Source: Squalus acanthias (taxonomy: Eukaryota). From it: a stretch of DNA of 64,000 nucleotides. The translations under genes were made by a program, and so were the position numbers. Location of the stretch: assembly GCA_030390025.1 (NCBI GenBank), contig CM059431.1, forward strand, positions 146,694,001 through 146,758,000, given 5' to 3'. The notes below the pieces were generated by a model. It did no database searches. It saw only the letters and a list, made by a program, of their open reading frames with translations, and was not told the origin of the DNA. This document shows positions 27,301 through 37,459 of this stretch, in pieces. The first letter of the stretch is position 1, and every line of letters begins with the position of its first letter.

Positions 27301-28279
27301 TGTGGCAAACAGTTCCACGTGTACTGTTGTCCTTTGAAAGTAAAGGCAAATTGTACTGGTCCTCTCGCGGCAGCGGGATGGACCAAAAACCGTTCGAGAT
27401 ATCCAGCACCGTGAACCTGGTCGCGGATGCTGGGATACTCCCTATTAGGTCAGCAAATGCTGCTACCGTGGGCGTGCAGGCGGGAATGTTACTATTGAGG
27501 ACTCTGTAGTCCACCGTGGCCCTCCACGAATTATCCGGCTTCCTCACCGGCCATAATGGGGAGTTCACGTGTGTGGCTATCGGTCTCAACACGCCCTGCT
27601 GCACCCAGGAGGACAGTGCTGTCTCCATATCGGGTTCTGCTTCTTTGGGGAAGTTATACTGCTTTTGGGGCCGGGTCATGGGGTCCCCGTCTACGCTGAC
27701 CTCAAACCCGGTAAACCTCCCACAATCATGCTTGTGGGTTGCAAACGCGTGCATATTATCTGACACGTACGTCTGCATGTCCGTTGGGACATCCGCGACC
27801 ATAAGCCCGAGGTCGTAGCCTCCGGATGGCTTCATGGTACACAGGGCCCCTTTACCTTCCTCCCCCGGGATTACCACTACCTTGCCTTTTCCACCCTTGG
27901 CTCCCCAGAGACAGTGATTCCTAAGGTCCACGAGGATCCCGTGCTCTGATAGGAGATCTGATCCGAGGATGCCTCTCCCACCCCCCTCTTGCCATTTCAT
28001 CAGTATGCACTTCCACGTGGTGTGGAGTGCTCCTAAATGAATGGAGAGCGAAATGGAGAACGCGCCAGCCTGCTCTTTTCCCATGAACCCCGTCAGTGTG
28101 TATGGGACCTTGGTAGACAGTGGTGAGTCAAAGGGGCTATCCGTATGAATCACGGTGCATGAAGCTCCCGTGTCCAACAATTAACTACCCTTCTGCTTCT
28201 CTACCTCCATCTCCACCAGGGTTCGTTTCCACGCATCATAGCTGAGCGGACACAGGTAGATGGGCTGTGCGGGCTCCAG
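24347..28279 (-). pseudogene. pol: pro-pol: aspartic protease, RT, tether RNase H, RNase H and integrase
   Basis: Protease LLDTGA. RT motifs RPQKQY, LPQGFHNSP and QYVDD. A degenerate RH followed by IYVD/QQAEL/SDS/GNQQAD. Integrase HHCC, QIDYIGPLP, SDQG, VERMN and GPY. Disrupted by a TAA at ~28181-28186 and frameshifts at ~27350 and ~25615. Confidence 0.97.
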
Positions 28280-30007
28280 TCATTGGGTTCCGGCGGACGG
28301 GGCTGCGGCATCTGCGGGGCTGGTAGCAACTGCCACCCTCCCTTGCGAAATCATGAGGGTCCGCATGGCTCCCAGCATTGATTCTATCGCATCGGGATGG
28401 ATATGCACACCAGCTCCCTTATCGGAGGCAGGCACCTGGGCTCGGGCTGTGGGATTTTTATCCCTGGACTCCTTCCAAGGGTTCCTGCAGTTCTTGCGCC
28501 AGTGCCCTGTCTTTCTGCACATGAAACAAGCGTTACTGGCTTGCGGGATGCGATTTGCCTCCTGATGTCACTCCTTTTGAGCCGGGGCTGCGGATCGTGC
28601 CTCATGCACCTTTCCCTTAAGGGGACGCGCTCCCGTACTCCTAGTATTACGGTACCCTACCGTGAGTTGGTTTAAGACCGACTCCTCAGTTGTGATGAGG
28701 TTAGTGCGGTCAAACCACACTTTGGCCTGCTCCCTGACGGCTGGGAAGCTGTTGGCTACTAAACATCTGAGCCAGTGGGCTAAACCGACACCGTCTATGT
28801 GGTGACGCGCTGTCGCGCCTGGGCAGCTATGCCGATATACCGGCCACAGCCTGTCAGCAAAAACCTTCGGGGGTTCTCCCTACATCTGCATAGTCTGTCC
28901 CAATTTAACAAACGGACCTTCTTCGTCCGCCCCCGACACTTCCAGGACCTCCTCTCTTAACTCCTCATAGGTCCTATTACCCCTTTTACTCGCGTCTGAG
29001 AGACACTGGAGGATCGAGCTGTCTAAGGAGAACAGCAGCATTTTAGCCCTTTCACCATCGTCGCAGCCGTTAATGGCTGCGGACTGCTCTACCTCCCTGA
29101 AATGTACGGAAGGGTCGTCTGACTCGGACAGCTTCCGTACATGACTGATCATAGCCCTCAGCTGGTGTGAGCTGTGAGGCAACACAAGCTGGTTGAGGAG
29201 ATTCCCCGCTTCCCCATTTTCTCTGTCCGGGCCTCTCTTGTGGCCCGTGACCGGACACAACGGTCCCGGCTTCACTACTACCTCAGGGGGCTGCACTACC
29301 TCAGGGACCACTTCCTCTACTTCTACCACTTCCTCCCTTACCCAGTTTGCTGAATAGCTGGGTGGCGCGGAGGGCACAGTGGCAAATACCTCCTCTGCTC
29401 TGTTTGGTAGGGATTTTTGGAATTCCCCACCCACCGGCGGCTGGTGTGCTGATGGGCTGATAAGGCACACCATGCCGTGCACTTTCTTCAGGGCCTCTTT
29501 AAGGTGTGGTCGGCCCCCTCATGCTTATCTTCGAGGGACATTTTATATGCCGCACTAACTCCCTCTAAGCTCTCTTCCTGGGCTTTTATTTGAGCAGCTA
29601 GGCGGGCACATCGTTCCCTGATTCTGCCCTCATTTAATTTTGCCTCAGTGACCTGGCACTCGAGGTAATCTATTTTCGTCTCATGGTGGTTGGCGACTAG
29701 CTGGCGTTCCTGATGCAACGCATTTAAGGACGCGATGAGCTGCTGCCCCCCCCGCGAACTTTTCTTCCATCTCCACCTCCAAACCCTTGATCTGAGCTGC
29801 CTGTGCTACGATGACCTGGTCCGAAATCTGGACTTGCCTTTTATAACACATCAGCCAAACCGCTTTCTCTACCGATTTTTTGTGTTCTTTGCTACCTGTC
29901 CACCTGATGGCTGCGTCTTGCGGACGCTTATCCACCAGCAGGTCACTTATCCATCTCTTAGTCAAATTAACTTTCCCAAAAACATAATCGGCTATTCTCT
30001 CTTCCAT
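28280..30007 (-). pseudogene. gag: gag: coiled-coil N-terminus, PSAPPSY late domain, capsid and one CCHC zinc knuckle
   Basis: ATG at 30007 gives MEERIADY. MHR-like Q..GEPPKVFADRL and knuckle CFMCRKTGHWRKNC. Frameshifts at ~29750 (poly-G) and ~29500, and premature stops at 28880 and ~28570. Confidence 0.9.
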
Positions 30008-30061
30008 AACATTTCGCCCATTCAAACCAGGGTCTAACACATTACTTTCTCGCTACCAGTT

Positions 30062-30078
30062 TCCCTTCGTGGTCGCCA
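30062..30078 (-). promoter_or_regulatory. Primer binding site complementary to tRNA-Arg(TCG)
   Basis: TGGCGACCACGAAGGGA is complementary to the vertebrate tRNA-Arg-TCG 3' end TCCCTTCGTGGTCG-CCA. Confidence 0.88.
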
Positions 30079-30083
30079 TTTCC

Positions 30084-31735
30084 TGTAAGGGGTTCGGGTG
30101 GCTCTGTGCTTAGCCTGGGTGCTAGTGCGGGGTTAGGCCTCGTTGCCTGTTCTGGTCTCCAGCCAGCCTGGTAAAACTAGACACCTGTGAATGGTTCGAC
30201 CCCCTCGCCCTTACGGTTCTGACACTGGACTTAGGTGCAAGAGCAATAATGCAGAGAAATCTCAGGTAGACCCGGCTGAATAGTACGAAATGGAAAATCT
30301 TTATTGCATGTTGTTCAAGATTACGAAATACATGTCATAAGCACAGATTAATGACAGTACAAGCTTACATACATTTATGAAACTAGGTTTAGGGAAACGA
30401 GGAGCGCACGACACATCGGAAAAGGGGACACACGTTATAATTATCCTTAAAACAAAAACCCTACCCTATTAATACCTGTCCTAATCTAGATCTGTAGGAT
30501 CGAGAATCATGCTCACCACTCGTGATAACTCGGAGAATTCTAAAACGATGCTCGGATGTTTTCACCACAACACCTGACTATTCAAGAGTTGATCAGGGGT
30601 CTCTGTACCCCACTTGTTTACTCGCTCTGCTCCGGCTAGCAGGCTGGACCGTCTGCTGCCATGAAAATCTGTGTTGACCTCGGATTCCTGATAAAATTCG
30701 AAGAAGAGTCTTCCTCTGCCGACACCCGTTCGGTAAAACTCGAAGAAGAGTCTTCTGGTGCCAGTTGTGGAGTAGCCGATAAAATTCAAAGAAGTGATTA
30801 ATCGATTTTCGGGCGCAGTCGGGGCTTACTGACCGCTGCGGCACGTGTAGTCTTCTTCTTCTCTTCTCATCTCATCTCATCTCATCTCCTCTCGGGCCTT
30901 TGGATCCAACACCGTTTACCGACCTCTCGGGATGGTGCGCCCGCTTGCAGGCCTTTGCAGACCAGCTCTCCACAGATTTTCGTGGCAAGCCACGAGGTCG
31001 ACCCCAGAAGGATCAGCGGATCAGAGAATAAGAGTCAAGAGCTCGAGTCGGTGGTCGGCAGAGAATAAGAGAGTCAAGAGTCGTCCGGGATAAGACAAAG
31101 ATGGACGTTTGGACACTACAGTTATAGTACTGTAATTCGTTATCTCCCGCCCAATCTTAATGTTCATCTTTTGTCATGTTTTGGCGCTCAAACTTCTTGT
31201 ATGGGGTGGTTCTTGTCGTTAATGGGTTTCGGTGATACTTGTAACTGTCTAAGTACCCGTTAATATTTCACCCATTGTGGAACCGGCTAGGAGTCTCCCT
31301 GGAGGGGTTTTGGGGGCCTCCGAATTCTTGCTGTGAGTACCCGCGAACGGCTCTCTCATCATAGAGCCGCGGGGACTTTGCGTATCAATGTCTTTGGATG
31401 GGCCCTTGATTGCCCAGTACAATAGCCCTCGTTTGTGCATGGAAAACCGATTCCAGCACTTATATTTCTTAGGTGTTAAAATGCAAAACAATCGCGCCTT
31501 GTCTTATATCAATATGCTGAGTACTGTCCGATCTTGCTGAAATGTTTATTGAACCGCCATCTTGTCTGCCTACTGAAAGTCTGGAACCTTCTGCCACGAG
31601 GCGCGGCGGCCATTTTACAGGCTGCTTGTGTCCGTTTTGAAACCTGACAGCATTTTGCTGAAATAAAGCTGTTTGTACGAAACTGTATGTCTCTATCTCG
31701 TTATTTCGAAATCGCGATAATTTGCGAATTCTACA
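30084..31735 (-). repeat. 5' LTR (1652 bp)
   Basis: Direct repeat of 19059-20710 with about 50 substitutions by eye and equal length. Confidence 0.97.
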
Positions 31736-31866
31736 AGTTTCAGGTTAATGCCATTTCATCAGAACTGATAAAGTTAGAAATGTATCAGGTTTTAAGCAAG
31801 TACAAAGGCATGGAAAGTGGGTGAAAGAGAGGAAAGAACAAAATGGAAGGTCTGTTATAGGGGGGA
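31736..31866 (-). mobile_element. Penelope-like inverted pseudo-LTR, right part
   Basis: The reverse complement matches 32895-33015. Confidence 0.85.
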
Positions 31867-31879
31867 ACCAGGAGTGTTC

Positions 31880-33090
31880 TGAATTTCTATTCCATTGTCC
31901 CAGTTTCTCCGTATCCGCCACATCTTCTATGACGATGCCACCTTCCAGACCAGTGCTTCCGATGTTTCTTCCTTTTTCATCAACCGAGATTTCCTCTCTA
32001 TTGTGTTTGACACGGCCCTTGATCGTGTCCATTCTATTTCCTGCACTTCTGCTCTTAAACCTTCCCCTCCCTCCCGGAACCGCGATAGGGTTCCCCTTGT
32101 CCTCACCTTTTACCCCACCAGCCTCTGCATTCAACGGATCATCCTCCGCCATTTATGCCACCTCCAGCGTGATCCCACCACAAAACACAACTTCCCCTCA
32201 CCTCCCATTTCAGCATTCCGAAGGGACCGCTCCCTCCACGACACACTGTCCCACTCTTCTATCACGCCCAACTCCCCTTCCCCTTCGACCGGCACCTTCT
32301 GGTGCAAGCGCAGGAGATGCACCACATGCCCTTTTAACTCCTCCCTTCCCACTGTCCAGGGCCCCAAACATCCCTTCCAGGTGAAACAGCGATTTACTTG
32401 GACTTCTTGCAATTTAGTATACTGTATTCACTGCTTAGTATGCGGTCTCCTCTACATTGGGGAGACCAAACGCAGATTGGGTGACTGCTTAGCGGAACAC
32501 CTCCACTCAGTCCGTAAGGGTGATCCCGAGCTTCCAGTCACCTGTCACTTTAATTCAACTCTCCGCTCCCACTCAGACCTCACTGTCCTCGGCTTCTTAC
32601 ACTGTTCCAATGAAGCTCAACGTAAGCTGGAGGAACAGCACCTCATCTTTCGATCAGGCCCTTTACAGCCTTCTGGACTCAACATCGATTTCAACAATTT
32701 CAGAACAAAACATCTGCCCCTATCTTTTTTTCCCATTTTTCTCTCTCTCTCACATGGAAGCTGTCTTTCATTCTGCCATTGCCATTTTCATTTCATCTAG
32801 AGCCATCTTTTCTTTCTTAACTTGTCCCATTACCATCTCCTTTTGCCTTGCACCATCATCCCTTTCGTCTCATAATCTCTGCTGCCTTCCATCCTATCAC
32901 AGACCTTCCCTTTTGTTCATTCCTCCCCACCCACCACTCCCTGCCCCTGCACTTGCTTAAAAACCTATTACATCTCCAACTTTTTCAGTTCTGACGAAGG
33001 GTCATCGACCTGAAACGTTAACTCTGGTTCTCTATCTACAGATGCTGTCTGACTTACTGAGTATTTCCACCATTTTTTGTTTTTATTTCT
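31880..33090 (+). mobile_element. 5'-truncated Penelope-like element: RT C-terminus, Cys-rich linker, GIY-YIG endonuclease and pseudo-LTR
   Basis: ORF 31895-32800 contains SQFLRIR, VPLVLTF, CKRRRCTTC and NLVYCIHC..CGLLYIGETKRRLGD.LAEH. Confidence 0.93.
32987..33023 (+). ncRNA. Minimal type I hammerhead ribozyme of the PLE pseudo-LTR
   Basis: AGTT-CTGACGA-[AGGGTC atc GACCT]-GAAAC-GT-T-AACT. Both core boxes are present, stem I is AGTT/AACT and stem III is the palindrome ACGT. Confidence 0.75.
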
Positions 33091-33153
33091 TAATCTGTGG
33101 GTCATTTATTCGAGGCCCACTTTAGGCGAATATTTTTCACTTGTTTGCTGTGA

Positions 33154-33240
33154 GTCCGGATGGCCGAGCGGACTAAGGTGCTGTTCCCAAGTCGCGATAC
33201 TCTTCACTACAGGCATGGGTTCGAACGCCCACTTCTGACA
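33154..33240 (+). pseudogene. Degenerate tRNA-Leu(CAG/CAA)-like pseudogene
   Basis: gtccggatggccgagcggactaaggtgctg...ggcatgggttcgaacgcccacttctgaca against GTCAGGATGGCCGAGCGGTCTAAGGCGCTG...GGCGTGGGTTCGAATCCCACTCCTGACA. The anticodon arm is disrupted. Confidence 0.85.
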
Positions 33241-33329
33241 TACTGATCCTTTCACTTCTCCGTGCAATTGTATTTTATGGAATTCGCTGCAATTGCTTCT
33301 TCGGTTGATTTGTTGCCATCAGAAAGCTA

Positions 33330-33915
33330 ACCCTCGGATTGTTCTCCTTTAGGCAGAGAAGGTTAAAGGGAAAACTAAAAAAGATATTCAAAATAATGAG
33401 GGGTTTCGATAGAGTAGGGAGAAGCTTTTTCCTCGGGCGAGTGGATCGACAACCACAGGTCATAGATTTAAAATAATTGTCAAAAAAAACTAGATCATTG
33501 AATATTAAGGCAATCAAGGGATATGGTGATAGTTCAGGAAAGTGGAGATGAGGTAGAAGATCAGCCATGATCTTCTTAGACGGAGGAGCAGGCTCAAAGG
33601 GCCAAATGGCCTACTCCTGCTCCTATTTCTTATGTTCTTATGTTCTTGTGTAGAGGGAACATTCGGAGATTTTTTTTCACACAGAGGGTTGTTAAATCTG
33701 GAACGCATTACCTGGAAGAATGGCGGAATCAGATTACTTAGAAATTTTCCAAAGGCAATTGGTCATGTATTTGTAGATAACTAATTAGCAGAGTTGTGGG
33801 GAAATAGCTGGGGTGTGGGAATACATTGGACAGTTCTTTCAAAGAGCCGGCACAGGCAGGACCGGCCGAATGACCTCATTCTGTGCTGTAAGATTCTATG
33901 ATCCTAAGATTCTGT
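33330..33915 (+). mobile_element. Nested CR1 LINE 3' ends
   Basis: CR1 ORF2 end (ggattgttctcc..agaaggttaa) and tails ending in the octamer repeats ttcttatg and attctatg. Confidence 0.75.
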
Positions 33916-34024
33916 TTCTATGACTTCGGCGCCTTGTGCATCCACCATTCTCTTCACTCTATAAATAGTCTACTATAACCTGTGTCTCACTCTTTGGAAT
34001 TACCTCCCCAACCGTTCCGTCTTC

Positions 34025-34172
34025 AGCTTTTTCCAGTTTGACGAAGGGCCATCGACCTGTAACGTTAACTCTCTTTCTCTCTCTACAGATGCTGCCTGAC
34101 CTGCTGAATAATTCCAGGATTTTCTGTTGTTATTTCAGATTTCCAGCATCTGCAGTATTTCGCTTTTGTATT
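34025..34172 (+). mobile_element. Penelope pseudo-LTR fragment with degenerate hammerhead
   Basis: Matches 32980-33090. Confidence 0.8.
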
Positions 34173-34204
34173 TGTGGTCTGAATCTATCCCGTTTAGCAC
34201 GGCG

Positions 34205-35135
34205 GCAGTGCTACACAACACGATGGAGTGTGTCCTCAGTGTGAAGACGGGACTTCGTTACCACAAATACTGTGCGCTGGTCATTCCTACCAATACTGTC
34301 ATGGGCAGGTGCAACTGGGACAGGTAAATTTGTGAGGACAAGTTCAAGTAGGTTGTTTCCCTCGTGTTGGATCTTTCACCACTTGCTGCAAGCCCAGTCT
34401 GACAGCCATGTCCTTCAGGACTCAGCCAGCTCGGTCAGTAAAAGTGCTACTGCGCCACTCTGGGTGATGGACATGGTCGTCCTCCACCTATAGTACATGT
34501 TGTGCCCTGTGGTATTCAACATGGAGGAGTAAAGACTCATCAGCTGAGTTAGGGCGTTAGGTGGTATATGATGGATGTTTCCTTGGTGATGGAAGGGTCT
34601 GGCACGTTTACTGATAGACATGATTCTGTGAGTGTGACTCTGTCAGCTTATTGTTTGACTAGTCTTTGGTACAGCTCTCCCAATTTTGGCACAAGTCCCC
34701 AGATGTTAGTGAGGAAGACTTTGTAGAGTTGACTGGACTGTGTGTCTGAATCCGATGCCTAGTTAGATTAGTGTTCTGGCCGGTTTCATTCTTTCACTAT
34801 TTTGCAACGGGTTAGTACGACTGAGTGGATCGCTCGGCTATTTCTGACGGCGGTTAAGAGTCAACCACATTGCTGTGGGTCTGGTGTTACATACAGGCAC
34901 ACCGGATAAGGATGGCATGATTCTTTCTCTGAGGGGCATTAGTGAACCGGTTGGATTTACAACAATGCAATAGTTTCATGGTCACCATTACTAATATTAG
35001 CTTTTTATTCCTGATTTATTTATTTAACTGAATTCAAATTCACAAACTGCCATGATGGGATTTGAACTCACAGTCTCCGGATAATTAGCCCAGGCTTCTA
35101 GATTACTAGGTTAGAAACATAACCACTATGCTAAC
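34205..35135 (-). mobile_element. 5' part of a LINE: tRNA-like head, UTR and APE endonuclease
   Basis: A-box TAGCATAGTGG and B-box GAGTTCAAATCC. These are followed by VFLTNIWGLVPKLGEL...LTES and later LGLQQVVKDPTRG, which are APE motifs. Confidence 0.75.
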
Positions 35136-35199
35136 ATAATTTTTTGCTGGTTCTGAAAACATTGATGTTTACAATCCTTGACTGTCCTCATCCATTTCA

Positions 35200-35268
35200 A
35201 TATCCCAGTCTATTGACTTTCCCAATCCACTGACATTCCCAATCCATTGACTTCCCAATCCACTGAAT
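35200..35268. repeat. Four 17-bp units matching one half of the 34-bp satellite
   Basis: tctattgactttcccaa tccactgacattcccaa tccattgac-ttcccaa tccactga. Confidence 0.7.
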
Positions 35269-35269
35269 A

Positions 35270-36120
35270 TGCAAACGACCTTCGATATGGGAGCACAGTG
35301 TAGTCTCGTGACAAAGGTCAGAGCATGTGGAGTCAGGGGACAAGTAGCAGGATGGAAAAATAAACTGACTACAAACTACCAGAGAGTGGGGGTTACTCAA
35401 ACAGCCGGCTGGCCGAAAGTGACGTTCCACAAGGATCGGTGCTGTGACCTTTACACAGATTGTTTGGACTCGGGAATCTGAAATACAATATCAGATTAGT
35501 GTTTGACACCAAACTGATTGGTAAAGTTTATGCTGAAGAATATTGCGACTACATACAATAAGATGGTAACAAACTTGCAGATTGGGAGTGTAAATAGCCA
35601 TTTAATTTCAAAATAAAAATGCGTGAGGTGTTTTAATATGGGAGGAGGAAAATGGAGGCCACATACGCCGAGAGTAAAGTTATATTAAATGGGTATAGAA
35701 CCCTGTTTAGACCACACTTGGTGCACAGTGCACAGTTTGGTCTCCATCTTTAAAAACAGGATATAGATTCACAGGAGAAGGAGATAAAAGGATATACCTG
35801 GATGATACCGGAACTGAGAGGTTATAACAATCAGGAAAGACTGAGCAGGCACGGGCTATTTTCTCCAGAAAAATGAAGGCGGATGGATAACCTAATAGAG
35901 GTCGTTAAAATTATCAAGTGGTGGACGTAGAGAAAATGTTTCTCATTGTGAGGCTCTACCAACAATAGGGGCGATTAATACAAGATCGCCAGTAATAAAT
36001 CCGACAGGAAATCAGGATTAACTTCTTTACCCAGAAAGTGTTTGGAATGTAGAACTCGCTACCACATGGACAACGTTGAGGTGACTAGTATTGACGCATT
36101 TTAAGGGAAACTAGAAAAGG
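35270..36120 (+). mobile_element. Decayed CR1 LINE, RT and 3' region
   Basis: Degenerate LVRPHLEYC-like (gtttagaccacacttgg) and 3' CR1 segments. Confidence 0.7.
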
Positions 36121-36195
36121 TACCGACTACCTGTCCCAACCCCAGCTCCGTGTGGGGGATGGTTAATTCAGATATAAGCATTGAAACATGATTGA

Positions 36196-36306
36196 CATCT
36201 GGAGTGTGACACCTGGAGTGTGGCATCTGGAGTGTGACAACGGGAGTGTGGCATCTGGAGTGTGACACCTGGAGTGTGGCATCTGGAGTGTTATGTCCAG
36301 AGTCAC
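36196..36306. repeat. 14-bp tandem repeat (catctggagtgtga/gg)
   Basis: About 7 visible units. Confidence 0.85.
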
Positions 36307-36555
36307 GGATGACACGTGTGGAGGCGTCGCGGTGATGAAGCGGTAATCAGTTGGTATTATCAACCGCGGGTTCATTCCCCGTCCCTGCCTCTGCTAGTTT
36401 TGAATATTTAACAGTTTCAGTGGTTTACATATTTGAATATTTAAGGCGATGTTTAAGCTGCACCAACTTCAATGCCAATATGTCCTTCCTGAGGTGCAGT
36501 GCCATAAACCGAATGAAGCACTACAGATGGGGTCTAACCAAGCCTCGTTGTAACT

Positions 36556-36870
36556 GAAACATAGAAACATAGAAACATAGAATCTAGGTGCAGGAGTAGG
36601 CCATTCGGCCCGTCGAGCCTGCTCCACATTCAATACGATCATGGCTGATCATCCAAATCCAGTACCCTGTCCCTGCTTTAATCCCCACAGTACACATATC
36701 CCACCCTACCCCCGTAACCACATGTATTTAATTCCCCCTAACATATCCCATCCTATTCCCATAACCCCACATATTTAATCCCCCCCTAACACTAAGGGTC
36801 AATTTAACAAAGCCAAATCAACCTAACCCGCACATTTTTGGACTGTGGGAGGAAACCGGAGCACCTGGAG
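36556..36870 (-). mobile_element. 5'-truncated HE1-like V-SINE
   Basis: (gaaacata)3 tail, CR1-type 3' tail (caggagtaggccattcggccc) and V-domain ggactgtgggaggaaaccggagcac. Confidence 0.75.
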
Positions 36871-37459
36871 TGTTATGTCCAGAGTCACATAACTTGCTCC
36901 ACTTTCTATTCCATCCCGCTTGAGATAAAAGCCAACATTCCTTCAGCCTTTTTGACTGGGCCGCTAGCAACTTACTGAACAAACATTGAATTGATTGGGA
37001 TCCTGCGGGACACTCACAAGATTTATTTTTGGCGTTTTTGTAGTGAATTAGAGTTTGCTAGTAAGTGAGATTTCCGTACTGAAATTTTAGTATCAGTGCA
37101 AGTCTGCTTTGTATTATATACAGGCCTAAGATAGAGACTGTTCGATTCTGAATTGAAATTTGTAACCCATTAAACTAATGACCTCAGCACCAGAAGATTA
37201 ATTAACCTTTTCATATTAACAATCCTATGAACAGTACACAAAAAATCACAGGAATATCGAGGACCTGAATGTATGCGAGACACTGCTCTGAATCCACTCG
37301 ATAAGGTGGACCATGACGAACTGTTTCACCTTTTCCAGAACAATAGAACCAGAGGACACGAAATGAGATTGAAGAGGGCAAATTCAAAACTAATCTCTGG
37401 AAACATTATTTCAGTAGCGACTGTCTATCTGTGCAACAGGATTCCTTCCTAATCTTCAT

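Larger units (their letters stand above)
19059..31735 (-). mobile_element. Full-length defective endogenous retrovirus, lokiretrovirus-like (foamy-related RT and env), 12,677 bp
   Basis: Two 1652-bp TG...CA LTRs, a 4-bp TSD AGTT (19055-19058 and 31736-31739), PBS, PPT and gag-pro-pol-env order. Confidence 0.97.

Noticed and set aside
21215..30037. Plus-strand (antisense) ORFs over gag/pol/env
   Set aside because: Short shadow frames of GC-rich coding sequence with no motifs.
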